The notes under the pieces are model-generated. The model was not told where the DNA came from. It made no database searches and saw nothing but the letters and a program-made list of their open reading frames with translations. From contig OZ024744.1 in the NCBI GenBank assembly GCA_964016885.1, forward strand, positions 105,152,001 to 105,216,000: DNA of 64,000 bases, given 5' to 3'. This DNA is from Eledone cirrhosa (Eukaryota). Position numbers and translations under genes: made by a program. Within the stretch, counting starts at the first letter, position 1. Each line of letters starts with the position of its first letter. This document shows, piece by piece, positions 42,001 to 56,600 of this stretch.

Positions 42001-45000
42001 TGTGTGTACGGTTGTATGCCGTCTATGACTAGTCTGTGTCTACGGTTGTATGCCGTCTATGACTAGTCTGTGTGTACGGTTGTATTCCGTCTATGACTAG
42101 TCTGTGTGTACGGTTGTATGCCGTCTATGACTAGTCTGAGTCTACGGTTGTATGCCGTCTATGACTAGTCTGTGTGTACGGTTCTATGCCGTCTATGACT
42201 AGTCTGTGTCTAGGGTTGTATGCCGTCTATGACTAGTCTGTGTTTACGGTTGTATGCCGTCTATGACTTGTCTGTCTATACGGCTGTATGCCGTCTATGA
42301 CTAGTCTGTGTCTACGGTTGTATGCCGTCTATGACTAGTCTGTGTCTACAGTTGTATGCCGTCTATGACTAGTCTGTGTCTACGGTTGTATGCCGTCTAT
42401 GACTAGTCTGTGTCTACAGTTGTATGCCGTCTCTGACTAGTCTGTGTTTACGGTTGTATGCCGTCTATGACTAGTCTGTGTCTACGGTTGTATTCCGTCT
42501 ATGACTAGTCTGTGTCTACGGTTTATCCCGTCTATGACTAGTCTGTGTCTACGGTTGTATGCCATCTATGACTAGTCTGTCTCTAAGGTTGTATTCCGTC
42601 TATGACTAGTCTGTGTCTACGGTTGTATGCCGTCTATGACTAGAATGTGTCTACGGCTGTATGCCATCTATGACTAGTCTGTGTGTAATGTTTTATGCCG
42701 TCTATGACTAGTCTGTGTCTACGCTTGTATGCCGTCTATGACTAGTCTGTGTGTACGGTTGTATGCCTGTCTATGACTAGTCTGTGTCTACTGTTGTATG
42801 CAGTCTATGACTAGTCTGTGTCTACGGTTGTATGCCGTCTATGACTAGTCTGTGTCTACGGTTGTATGCTGTCTATGACTAGTCTGTGTCTACGGTTGTA
42901 TGCCGTCTATGACTAGTCTGTGTCAACGGTTGTATGCCGTCTATGACTAGTCTGTGTCTACGGTTGTAATCCGTCTATGACTAGTCTGAGTCTACGGTTG
43001 TATGCAGTCTATGACTAGTCTGTGTCTACGGTTGTATGCCGTCTATGACTAGTCTGTGTCTACGGTTGTATGCCGTCTATGACTAGTGTGTGTCTACAGT
43101 TGTATGCCGTCTATGACTAGTCTGTGTCTACAGTTGTATGCCGTCTATGACTAGTCTGTGTCTACGGTTGTATGCCGTCTATGACTAGTCTGTGTCTACG
43201 GTTGTATGCCGTCTATGACTATTATGTGTCAACGGTTGTATGCCGTCTATGACTAGTCTGTGTGTACGGTTGTATGCAGTCTATGACTAGTCTGTGTCTA
43301 CTGTTGTATGCCGTCTGTGACTAGCCTGTGTGTACGGTTGTATGCAGTCTATGACTAGTCTGTGTCTACGGTTGTATGCCGTCTATGGCTAGTCTGTGTG
43401 TACGGTTGTATGCCGTCTATGACTAGTCTGTGTCTACAGTTGTATGCCGTCTATGACTAGTCTGTGTCTACAGTTGTATGCCGTCTATGACTAGTCTGTG
43501 TCTACGGTTGTATGCCGTCTATGACTAGTCTGTGTCTACAGTTGTATGCCGTCTATGACTAGTTTGTGTCTACTGTTGTATACCGTCTATGACTAGTCTG
43601 TGTCTACAATTGTATGCAGTCTATGACTAGTCTGTGTCTACGGTTGTATGCCGTCTATGACTAGTCTGTGTCTACGGTTGTATGCCGTCTATGACTAGTC
43701 AGTGTCTACAGTTGTATGCCGTCTATGACTAGTCTGTGTCTTCGGTTGTATGCCGTCTATGACTAGTCTGTCTACGGTTGTATGCCGTCTATGACTAGTC
43801 TGTGTCTACAGTTGTATGCCGTCTATGACTAGTCTGTGTCTACGGTTGTATGCCGTCTATGACTATTCTGTGTCTATGGTTGAATGCCGTCTATGACTAG
43901 TCTGTGTCTACGGTTGTATGCCGTTATGACTAGTCTGATCCACGGTTGTATGCCGTCTATGACTAGTCTGATCCACGGTTGTATGCCGTCTATGACTAGT
44001 CTGTGTCTTCAGTTGTATGCCGTTTATGACTAGTCTGTGTCTACAGTTGTATGCCATCTATGACTAGTCTGTGTCTACAGTTGTATGCCATCTATGACTA
44101 GTCTGTGTCAACAGTTGTATACTGTCTATGACTAGTCTGTGTCTACGGTTGTATGCCGTCTATGACTAGTCTGTGTGTACGGTTGTATGCCGTCTATGAC
44201 TAGTCTGTGTCTACGGTTGTATGCCGTCTATGACTAGTCTGTGTCTACGGTTGTATGCCGTCTATGACTAGTCTGTGTCTACGGTTGTCTTCGGTCTATG
44301 ACTAGTCTGTGTCTACGGTTGTATGCCGTCTATGACTAGTCTGTGTCTACGGTTGTATGCTGTCTATGACTAGTCTGTGTGTACGGTTGTATGCCGTCTA
44401 TGTCTAGTCTGTGTGTACGGTTGTATGCCGTCTATGACTAGTCTGAGGCTACCGTTGTATGCCGTCTATGAATAGTCTGTTTGTACGGTTGTATGCCGTC
44501 TATGACTAGTCTGTGTCTACGGTTGTATGCCGTCTATGACTAGTCTGTGTCTACGGTTGTATGCCGTCTATGACTAGTCTGTGTCTACGGTTGTATGCCG
44601 TCTATGACTAGTCTGTGTCTACAGTTGTATGCCGTCTATGACTAGTCTGTGTCTACGGTTGTATGCCGTCTATGACTAGTCTGTGTCTACAGTTGTATGC
44701 CGTCTCTGACTAGTCTGTGTCTACGGTTGTATGCCGTCTATGACTAGTCTGTGTCTACGGTTGTATGCCGTCTATGACTAGTCTGTGTCTACGGTTGTAT
44801 GCCGTCTATGACTAGTCTGTGTCTACGGCTGTATGCCATCTATGACTAGTCTGTGTGTACGGTTGTATGCCGTCTATGACTAGTCTGTGTCTACAGTTGT
44901 ATGTCGTCTATGACTACTCTGTGTCTACGGTTGTATGCCGTCTATGACTAGTCTGTGTCTACGGTTGTATGCCGTCTATGACTAGTATGTGTCTACGGTT

Positions 45001-46559
45001 GTATGCCGTCTATGACTAGTCTGTGTGTACGGTTGTATGCAGTCTATGACTAGTCTGTGTCTACTGTTGTATGCCGTCTATGACTAGGCTGTGTATAAGG
45101 TTGTATGCAGTCTATGACTAGTCTGTGTCTGCGGTTGTATGCCGTCTATGACTAGTCTGTGAGTACGGTTGTCTGCAGTCTATGACTAGTCTGTGTCTAC
45201 GGTTGTATGGCGTCTATGACTAGTCTGTGTCTACAGTTGTATGCCATCTATGACTAGTCTGTGTGTACGGTTGTATGCAGTCTATGACTAGTCTGTGTCT
45301 ACAGTTGTATGCCGTCTATGACTAGTGTGAGTCTACGGTTGTATGCAGTCTATGACTAGTCTGTGTGTACGGTTGTATGCCGTCTATGACTAGTCTGTGT
45401 CTACGGTTGTATGCCGTCTATGACTTGTCTGTGTCTACAGTTGTATGCCGTCTATGACTAGTCTGTGTCTACGGTTGTATGCCGTCTATGACTAGTCTGT
45501 GTCTACAGTTGTATGCCGTCTATGACTAGGGTGTTTCTACGGTTGTATACCGTCTATGACTAGTCTGTGTCTACGGTTGTATGCAGTCTATGACTAGTCT
45601 GTGTCTACGGTTGTATGCCGTCTATGACTGGTCTGTGTCTACGGTTGTATGCCGTCTATGACTAGTCTGTGTCTACAGTTGTATGCCGTCTATGACTAGT
45701 CTGTGTCTTCGGTTGTATGCCCTCTATGACTAGTCTGTGTCTACGGTTGTATGCCGTCTATGACTAGTCTGTGTCTACAGTTGTATGCCGTCTATGACTA
45801 GTCTGTGCCTACGGTTGTATGCCGTCTATGACTAGTCTGTGTGTACGGTTGTATGCAGTCTATGACTAGTCTGTGTCTACGGTTGTATGCCCTCTATGAC
45901 TAGTCTGTGTCTACGGTTGTATGTCGTCTATGACTAGTCTGTGTCTACAGTTGTATGCCGTCTATGACTAGTCTGTGTCTACGGCTGTATGCCGTCCATG
46001 ACTAGTCTGTGTCTACGGTTGTATGCCGTCTATGACTAGTCTGTGTCTACGGTTGTATGCCATCTATGACTAGTCTGTGTGTACGGTTGTATGCCGTCTA
46101 TGACTAGTATGTGTCTACAGTTGTATGGCGTCTATGACTAGTCTGTGTCTACGGTTGTATGCCGTCTATGACTAGTCTGTGTCTACGGTTGTATGCCGTC
46201 TATGACAAGTCTGTGTCTACGGTTGTATGCCGTCTATGACTAGTCTGTGTCTACAGTTGTATGCGGTCTATGACTAGTCTGTGTCTACGGTTGTATGCCG
46301 TCTGTGACTAGTCTGTGTGTACGGTTGTATGCCGTCTATGACTAGTCTGTGTCTACGGTTGTATTCGGTCTATGACTAGTCTGTGTCTACGGTTGTATGC
46401 CGTCTATGACTAGTCTGTGTCTACGGTTGTATGCCGTCTATGACTAGTCTGTGTCTACGGTTGTATGCCGTCTATGACTAGTCTGTGTGCACGGTTGTAT
46501 GCCGTCTATGACTAGTCTGTGTCTACGGTTGTATGCCGTCTATGCCTAGTCTGTGTCTA

Positions 46560-49500
46560 CGGTTGTATGCAGTCTATGACTAGTCTGATCCACGGTTGTA
46601 TGCCGTCTATGACTAGTGTGTGTCTTCGGTTGTATGCCGTCTATGACTAGTCTCTGTCTACGGTTGTATGCCGTCTATGACTAGTCTGTGTCTACGGTTG
46701 TATGCCGTCTATGACTAGTCTGAGTCTACGGTTGTATGGCGTCTATGACTAGTCTGTGTCTACGGTTGTATGCCGTCTATGACTAGTCTGTGTCTACAGT
46801 TGTATGCCGTCTATGACTAGTCTGTGTCTACGGTTGTATGCCGTCTATGACTAGTCTGTGTCTACGGTTGTATGCCGTCTATGACTAGTATGTGTCTACG
46901 GTTGTATGCCGTCTATGACTAGTCTGTGTCTACAGTTGTATGCTGTCTATGACTAGTCTGTGTCTACGGTTGTATGCCGTCTATGACTAGTCTGTGTCTA
47001 CAGTTGTATGCTGTCTATGACTAGTCTGTGTGTACGGTTGTATGCAGTCTATGACTAGTCTGTGTCTACTGTTCTATGCCGTCTATGACAAGTCTGTGTG
47101 TACGGTGGTATGCAGTCTATGACTAGTCTGTGTCTACGGTTGTATGCCGTCTATGACTAGTCTGTGTGTACGGTTGTATGCAGTCTATGACTAGTCTGTG
47201 TCTATGGTTGTATGCCGTCTATGACTAGTCTGTGTCTACAGTTGTATGCCATCTATGACTAGTCTGTGTGTACGGTTGTATGCAGTATATGACTAGTCTG
47301 TGTCTACAGTTGTATGCCGTCTATGACTAGCCTGGGTCTACGGTTGTATGCCGTCTATGACTAGTCTGTGTCTACAGTTGTATGCCGTCTATGACTAGTC
47401 TGTGTCTACGGTTGTATGCCGTCTATGACTAGTTTGTGTCTACGGTTGTATACCGTCTATGACTAGTCTGTGTCTACGGTTGTATGCAGTCTATGACTAG
47501 TCTGTGTCTACGGTTGTATGGCGTCTATGACTAGTCTGTGTCTACAGTTGTATGCCGTCTATGACTAGTCTGTGTCTTCGGTTGTATGCCGTCTATGACT
47601 AGTCTGTGTCTACGGTTGTATGCCGTCTATGACTAGTCTGTGTCTATGGTTGTATGCCGTCTATGACTAGTCTGTGTCTACAGTTGTATGCCGTCTATGA
47701 CTAGTCTGTGTCTTCGGTTGTATGCCGTATATGACTAGTCTGTGTCTACGGTTGTATGCCGTCTATGACTAGTCTGTGTCTACGGTTGTATGCCGTCTAT
47801 GACTAGTCTGTGTCTACAGTTGTATGCCGTCTATGACTAGTCTGTGTCTTCGGTTGTATGCCGTCTATGACTAGTCTGTGTCTACGGTTGTATGCCGTCT
47901 ATGACTAGTCTGTGTCTACGTTTGTATGCCGTCTATGACTAGTTTGTGTCTACGGTTGTATGCCGTCTATGACTAGACTGTGTCTACGGTTGTATGCCGT
48001 CTATGACTAATCTGTGTCTACGGTTGTATGCCATCTATGACTAGTCTGTGTGTACGGTTGTATGCCGTCTATGACTAGTCTGTGTCTACGGTTGTATGCC
48101 GTCTATGACTAGTCTGTGTCTACAGTTGTATGCCGTTTATGACTAGTCTGTGTGTACGGTTATATGCCGTCTATGACTAGTCTGTGTCTACAGTTGTATG
48201 CCGTCTATGACTAGTCTGTGTCTACAGTTGTATGCCATCTATGACTAGTCTGTGTCTACAGTTGTATACCGTCTATGACTTGTCTATGTCTACAGTTGTA
48301 TGCCGTCTATGACTAGTCTGTGTCTACGGTTGTATGCCGTCTATGACTAGTCTGTGTCTACGGTTGTATGCCGTCAATGACTAGACTGTGTCTACAGTTG
48401 GATGCCATCTATGACTAGTCTGTGTGTACGGTTGTATGCCGTCTATGACTAGTCTGTGTCTACTGCTGTATGCAGTCTATGACTAGTCTGTGTCTACGGT
48501 TGTATGCAGGCTATGTCTAGTCATTGTCTACGCTTGTATGCAGGTTATGACTAGTCTGTGTCTACGGTTTTATGCCGTCTATGACTAGTCTGTGTCTACA
48601 GTTGTATGCCGTCTATGACTAGTCTGTGTCTTCGGTTGTATGCCGTCTATGACTAGTCTGTGTGTACGGTTGTATTCCGTCTATGACTAGTCTGTGTCTA
48701 CGGTTTATGCCGTCTATGACTAGTCTGTGTCTACGGTTGTATGCCATCTATGACTAGTCTGTGTGTATGGTTGTATGCCGTCTATGACTAGTCTGTGTCT
48801 ACGGTTGTATGCCGTCTATGACTAGTCTGTGTCTACGGTTGTATGCCGTCTATGACTAGTCTGTGTCTACGGTTGTATGCCGTCTATGACTAGAATGTGT
48901 CTACGGCTGTATGCCATATATGACTAGTCTGTGTGTAATGTTGTATGCCGTCTATGACTAGTCTGTGTCTACGCTTGTATGCCGTCTATGACTAGTCTGT
49001 GTGTACGGTTGTATGCCGTCTATGAGTAGTCTGTGTCTACGGTTGTATGCCGTCTATGACTAGTCTGTGTCTACGGTTGTATGCCCTCTTTGACTAGTCT
49101 GTGTCTACGGTTGTATACCGTCTATGACTAGTCTGTGTCTACTGTTGTATGCAGTCTATGACTAGTCTGTGTCTACGGTTGTATGTCGTCTATGACTAGT
49201 CTGTGTCTACGGTTGTATGCTGTCTATGACTAGTCTGTGTCTAGGGTTGTATGCCGTCTATGACTAGTCTGCGTCTACGGTTGTATGCCGTCTATGACTA
49301 GTCTGAGTCTACGGTTGTATGGCGTCTATGACTAGTCTGTGTCTACGGTTGTATGCCGTCTATGACTAGTCTGTGTCTACAGTTGTATGCCGTCTATGAC
49401 TAGTCTGTGTCTACGGTTGTATGCCGTCTATGACTAGTCTGTGTCTACGGTTGTATGCCGTCTATGACTAGTCTGTGTCTACGGTTGTATGCCGTCTATG

Positions 49501-52500
49501 ACTAATCTGTGTGTACGGTTGTATGCAGTCTATGACTAGTCTGTGTCTACTGTTGTATGCCGTCTATGACAAGTCTGTGTGTACGGTGGTATGCAGTCTA
49601 TGACTAGTCTGTGTCTACGGTTGTATGCCGTCTATGACTAGTCTGTGTGTACGGTTGTATGCAGTCTATGACTAGTCTGTGTCTACGGTTGTATGCCGTC
49701 TATGACTAGTCTGTGTGTACGGTTGTATGCAGTATATGACTAGTCTGTGTCTACAGTTGTATGCCGTCTATGACTAGCCTGAGTCTACGGTTGTATGCAG
49801 TCTATGACTAGTCTGTGTGTACGGTTGTATGCCGTCTATGACTAGTCTACGGCTGTATGCCGTCTATGACTAGTCTGTGTCTACGGTTGTATGCCGTCTA
49901 TGACTAGTCTGTGTCTACAGTTGTATGCCGTCTATGACTAGTTTGTGTCTACGGTTGTATACCGTCTATGACTAGTCTGTGTCTACGGTTGTATGCAGTC
50001 TATGACTAGTCTGTGTCTACTGTTGTATGCCGTCTATGACTAGTCTGTGTCTACGGTTGTATGCCGTCTATGACTAGTCTGTGTCTACGGTTGTATGCAG
50101 TCTATGACTAGTCTGATCCACGGTTGTATGCCGTCTATGACTAGTGTGTGTCTTCGGTTGTATGCCGTCTATGACTAGTCTCTCTCTACGGTTGTATGCC
50201 GTCTATGACTAGTCTGTGTCTACGGTTGTATGCCGTCTATGACTAGTCTGAGTCTACGGTTGTATGGCGTCTATGACTAGTCTGTGTCTACGGTTGTATG
50301 CCGTCTATGACTAGTCTGTGTCTACAGTTGTATGCCGTCTATGACTAGTCTGTGTCTACGGTTGTATGCCGTCTATGACTAGTCTGTGTCTACGGTTGTA
50401 TGCCGTCTATGACTAGTATGTGTCTACGGTTGTATGCCGTCTATGACTAGTCTGTGTCTACAGTTGTATGCTGTCTATGACTAGTCTGTGTCTACGGTTG
50501 TATGCCGTCTATGACTAGTCTGTGTCTACAGTTGTATGCTGTCTATGACTAGTCTGTGTGTACGGTTGTATGCAGTCTATGACTAGTCTGTGTCTACTGT
50601 TCTATGCCGTCTATGACAAGTCTGTGTGTACGGTGGTATGCAGTCTATGACTAGTCTGTGTCTACGGTTGTATGCCGTCTATGACTAGTCTGTGTGTACG
50701 GTTGTATGCAGTCTATGACTAGTCTGTGTCTATGGTTGTATGCCGTCTATGACTAGTCTGTGTCTACAGTTGTATGCCATCTATGACTAGTCTGTGTGTA
50801 CGGTTGTATGCAGTATATGACTAGTCTGTGTCTACAGTTGTATGCCGTCTATGACTAGCCTGAGTCTACGGTTGTATGCAGTCTATGACTAGTCTGTGTG
50901 TACGGTTGTATGCCGTCTATGACTAGTCTACGGCTGTATGCCGTCTATGACTAGTCTGTGTCTACAGTTGTATGCCGTCTATGACTAGTCTGTGTCTACG
51001 GTTGTATGCCGTCTATGACTAGTTTGTGTCTACGGTTGTATGCAGTCTATGACTAGTCTGTGTCTACGGTTGTATGGCGTCTATGACTAGTCTGTGTCTA
51101 CAGTTGTATACCGTCTATGACTAGTCTGTGTCTTCGGTTGTATGCCGTCTATGACTAGTCTGTGTCTACGGTTGTATGCCGTCTATGACTAGTCTGTGTC
51201 TACGGTTGTATGCCGTCTATGACTAGTCTGTGTCTACAGTTGTATGCCGTCTATGACTAGTCTGTGTCTTCGGTTGTATGCCGTATATGACTAGTCTGTG
51301 TCTACGGTTGTATGCCGTCTATGACTAGTCTGTGTCTACGGTTGTATGCCGTCTATGACTAGTCTGTGTCTACAGTTGTATGCCGTCTATGACTAGTCTG
51401 TGTCTTCGGTTGTATGCCGTCTATGACTAGTCTGTGTCTACGGTTGTATGCCGTCTATGACTAGTCCGTGTCTACGTTTGTATGCCGTCTATGACTAGTC
51501 TGTGTCTACGGTTGTATGCCGTCTATGACTAGACTGTGTCTACGGTTGTATGCCGTCTATGACTAATCTGTGTCTACGGTTGTATGCCATCTATGACTAG
51601 TCTGTGTGTACGGTTGTATGCCGTCTATGACTAGTCTGTGTCTACGGTTGTATGCCGTCTATGACTAGTCTGTGTCTACAGTTGTATGCCGTTTATGACT
51701 AGTCTGTGTGTACGGTTATATGCCGTCTATGACTAGTCTGTGTCTACAGTTGTATGCCGCCTATGACTAGTCTGTGTCTACAGTTGTATGCCATCTATGA
51801 CTAGTCTGTGTCTACAGTTGTATACCGTCTATGACTTGTCTATGTCTACAGTTGTATGCCGTCTATGACTAGTCTGTGTCTACGGTTGTATGCCGTCTAT
51901 GACTAGTCTGTGTCTACGGTTGTATGCCGTCAATGACTAGACTGTGTCTACAGTTGGATGCCATCTATGACTAGTCTGTGTGTACGGTTGTATGCCGTCT
52001 ATGACTAGTCTGTGTCTACTGCTGTATGCAGTCTATGACTAGTCTGTGTCTACGGTTGTATGCAGGCTATGTCTAGTCATTGTCTACGCTTGTATGCAGG
52101 TTATGACTAGTCTGTGTCTACGGTTTTATGCCGTCTATGACTAGTCTGTGTCTACAGTTGTATGCCGTCTATGACTAGTCTGTGTCTTCGGTTGTATGCC
52201 GTCTATGACTAGTCTGTGTGTACGGTTGTATTCCGTCTATGACTAGTCTGTGTCTACGGTTTATGCCGTCTATGACTAGTCTGTGTCTACGGTTGTATGC
52301 CATCTATGACTAGTCTGTGTGTATGGTTGTATGCCGTCTATGACTAGTCTGTGTCTACGGTTGTATGCCGTCTATGACTAGTCTGTGTCTACGGTTGTAT
52401 GCCGTCTATGACTAGTCTGTGTCTACGGTTGTATGCCGTCTATGACTAGAATGTGTCTACGGCTGTATGCCATATATGACTAGTCTGTGTGTAATGTTGT

Positions 52501-53660
52501 ATGCCGTCTATGACTAGTCTGTGTCTACGCTTGTATGCCGTCTATGACTAGTCTGTGTGTACGGTTGTATGCCGTCTATGACTAGTCTGTGTCTACGGTT
52601 GTATGCCGTCTATGACTAGTCTGTGTCTACGGTTGTATGCCCTCTTTGACTAGTCTGTGTCTACGGTTGTATACCGTCTATGACTAGTCTGTGTCTACTG
52701 TTGTATGCAGTCTATGACTAGTCTGTGTCTACGGTTGTATGTCGTCTATGACTAGTCTGTGTCTACGGTTGTATGCTGTCTATGACTAGTCTGTGTCTAG
52801 GGTTGTATGCCGTCTATGACTAGTCTGCGTCTACGGTTGTATGCCGTCTATGACTAGTCTGAGTCTACGGTTGTATGGCGTCTATGACTAGTCTGTGTCT
52901 ACGGTTGTATGCCGTCTATGACTAGTCTGTGTCTACAGTTGTATGCCGTCTATGACTAGTCTGTGTCTACGGTTGTATGCCGTCTATGACTAGTCTGTGT
53001 CTACGGTTGTATGCCGTCTATGACTAGTCTGTGTCTACGGTTGTATGCCGTCTATGACTAATCTGTGTGTACGGTTGTATGCAGTCTATGACTAGTCTGT
53101 GTCTACTGTTGTATGCCGTCTATGACAAGTCTGTGTGTACGGTGGTATGCAGTCTATGACTAGTCTGTGTCTACGGTTGTATGCCGTCTATGACTAGTCT
53201 GTGTGTACGGTTGTATGCAGTCTATGACTAGTCTGTGTCTACGGTTGTATGCCGTCTATGACTAGTCTGTGTCTACAGTTGTGTGCCATCTATGACTAGT
53301 CTGTGTGTACGGTTGTATGCAGTATATGACTAGTCTGTGTCTACAGTTGTATGCCGTCTATGACTAGCCTGAGTCTACGGTTGTATGCAGTCTATGACTA
53401 GTCTGTGTGTACGGTTGTATGCCGTCTATGACTAGTCTACGGCTGTATGCCGTCTATGACTAGTCTGTGTCTACGGTTGTATGCCGTCTATGACTAGTCT
53501 GTGTCTACAGTTGTATGCCGTCTATGACTAGTTTGTGTCTACGGTTGTATACCGTCTATGACTAGTCTGTGTCTACGGTTGTATGCAGTCTATGACTAGT
53601 CTGTGTCTACTGTTGTATGCCGTCTATGACTAGTCTGTGTCTACGGTTGTATGCCGTCTA
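46560..53660. repeat. Direct tandem duplication of a ~3.5-kb (~104-monomer) block
   Basis: gatccac at 46587/50115 gives offset 3528. The rare variants ttggatgcc (48401/51957), ctagggtt (49241/52797) and gcgtctac (49271/52827) give offset 3556. Confidence 0.9.
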
Positions 53661-56600
53661 TGACTAGTCTGTGTCTACAGTTGTATGCCGTCTATGACTA
53701 GTCTGTGTCTTCGGTTGTATGCCGTCTATGACTAGTCTGTGTCTACGGTTGTATGCCGTCTATGACTAGTCTGTGTCTACGTTTGTATGCCGTCTATGAC
53801 TAGTCTGTGTCTACGGTTGTATGCCGTCTATGACTAGTCTGTGTCTACGGTTGTATGCCGTCTATGACTAATCTGTGTCTACGGTTGTATGCCATCTATG
53901 ACTAGTCTGTGTGTACGGTTGTATGCCGTCTATGACTAGTCTGTGTCTACGGTTGTATGCCGTCTATGACTAGTCTGTGTCTACAGTTGTATGCCGTTTA
54001 TGACTAGTCTGTGTGTACGGTTATATGCAGTCTATGACTAGTCTGTGTCTACGGTTGTATGCCGTCTATGACTAGTCTGTGTCTACGTTTGTATGCCGTC
54101 TATGACTAGTCTGTGTCTACGGTTGTATGCCGTCTATGACTAGTCTGTGTCTACGGTTGTATGCCGTCTATGACTAATCTGTGTCTACGGTTGTATGCCA
54201 TCTATGACTAGTCTGTGTGTACGGTTGTATGCCGTCTATGACTAGTCTGTGTCTACGGTTGTATGCCGTCAATGACTAGACTGTGTCTACAGTTGTATGC
54301 CATCTATGACTAGTCTGTGTCTACTGCTGTATGCAGTCTATGACTAGTCTGTGTCTACGGTTGTATGCAGGCTATGACTAGTCATTGTCTACGGTTGTAT
54401 GCAGGTTATGACTAGTCTGTGTCTACGGTTGTATGCCGTCTATGACTAGTCTGTGTCTACAGTTGTATGCCGTCTATGACTAGTCTGTGTCTTCGGTTGT
54501 ATGCCGTCTATGACTAGTCTGTGTGTACGGTTGTATTCCGTCTATGACTAGTCTGTGTCTACGGTTTATGCCGTCTATGACTAGTCTGTGTCTACGGTTG
54601 TATGCCATCTATGACTAGTCTGTGTGTACGGTTGTATGCCGTCTATGACTAGTGTGTGTCTACGGTTGTATGCCGTCTATGACTAGTCTGTGTCTACGGT
54701 TGTATGCCGTCTATGACTAGTCTGTGTCTACGGTTGTATGCCGTCTATGACTAGAATGTGTCTACGGCTGTATGCCATCTATGACTAGTGTCTGTGTAAT
54801 GTTGTATGCCGTCTATGACTAGTCTGTGTCTACGCTTGTATGCCGTCTATGACTAGTCTGTGTGTACGGTTGTATGCCGTCTATGACTAGTCTGTGTCTA
54901 CGGTTGTATGCCGTCTATGACTAGTCTGTTTCTACGGTTGTATGCCCTCTTTGACTAGTCTGTGTCTACGGTTGTATGCCGTCTATGACTAGTCTGTGTC
55001 TACTGTTGCATGCAGTCTATGACTAGTCTGTGTCTACGGTTATATCCCGTCTATGACTAGTCTGTGTCTACGGTTGTATGCTGTCTATGACTAGTCTGTG
55101 TCTACGGTTGTATGCCGTCTATGACTAGTCTGTGTCTACGGTTGTATGCCGTCTATGACTAGTCTGTGTCTACGGTTGTATGCCGTCTATGACTAGTCTG
55201 AGTCTACGGTTGTATGCAGTCTATGGCTAGTCTGTGTCTACGGTTGTATGCCGTCTATGACTAGTCTGTGTCTACGGTTGTATGCCGTCTATGACTAGTG
55301 TGTGTCTACAGTTGTATGCCGTCTATGACTAGTCTGTGTCTACAGTTGTATGCCGTCTATGACTAGTCTGTGTCAACGGTTGTATGCCGTCTATGACTAG
55401 TCTGTGTGTACGGTTGTATGCCGTCTATGACTAGTCTGTGTCTACGGTTGTATGCCGTCTATGACTAGTCTGTGTGTACGGTTGTATGCAGTCTATGACT
55501 AGTCTGTGTCTACTGTTGTATGCCGTCTGTGACTAGTCTGTGTGTACGGTTGTATGCAGTCTATGACTAGTCTGTGTCTACGGTTGTATGCCGTCTATGG
55601 CTAGTCTGTGTGTACGGTTGTATGCCGTCGATGACTAGTCTGTGTCTACAGTTGTATGCCGTCTATGACTAGTCTGTGTGTACGGTTGTATGCCGTCTAT
55701 GACTAGTCTGTGTCTGCAGTTGTATGCCGTCTATGACTAGTTTGTGTCTACGGTTGTATGCAGTCTATGACTAGTCTGTGTCTACGGTTGTATGCCGTCT
55801 ATGACTAGTCTGTGTCTACAGTTGTATGCCGTCTATGACTAGTCTGTGTCTTCGGTTGTATGCCGTCTATGACTAGTCTGTCTACGGTTGTATGCCGTCT
55901 ATGACTAGTCTGTGTCTACAGTTGTATGCCGTCTATGACTAGTCTGTGTCTACGGTTGTATGCCGTCTATGACTATTCTGTGTCTATGGTTGAATGCCGT
56001 CTATGACTAGTCTGTGTCTACGGTTGTATGCCGTCTATGACTAGTCTGATCCACGGTTGTATGCCGTCTATGACTAGTCTGTGTCTTCAGTTGTATGCCG
56101 TTTATTACTAGTCTGTGTGTACGGTTGTATGCCGTCTATGACTAGTCTGTGTCTACGGTTGTATGCCGTCTATGACTAGTCTGTGTCTACGGTTGTATGC
56201 CGTCTATGACTAGTTTGTGTCTACGGTTGTATGCAGTCTATGACTAGTCTGTGTGTTCGGTTGTATGCCGTCTATGACTAGTCTGAGTCTACGGTTGTAT
56301 GCAGTCTATGACTAGTCTGTGTCTACAGTTGTATGCCGTTTATGACTAGTCTGTGTGTACGGTTGTATGCCGTCTATGACTAGTCTGTGTCTACAGTTGT
56401 ATGCCGTCTATGACTAGTCTGTGTCTACAGTTGTATACCGTCTATGACTTGTCTATGTCTACAGTTGTATGCCGTCTATGACTAGTCTATGTCTACGGTT
56501 GTATGCCGTCTATGACTAGTCTGTGTGTACGGTTGTATGCCGTCTATGACTAGTCTGTGTGTACGGTTGTATGCAGTCTATGACTAGTCTGTGTCTTCAG

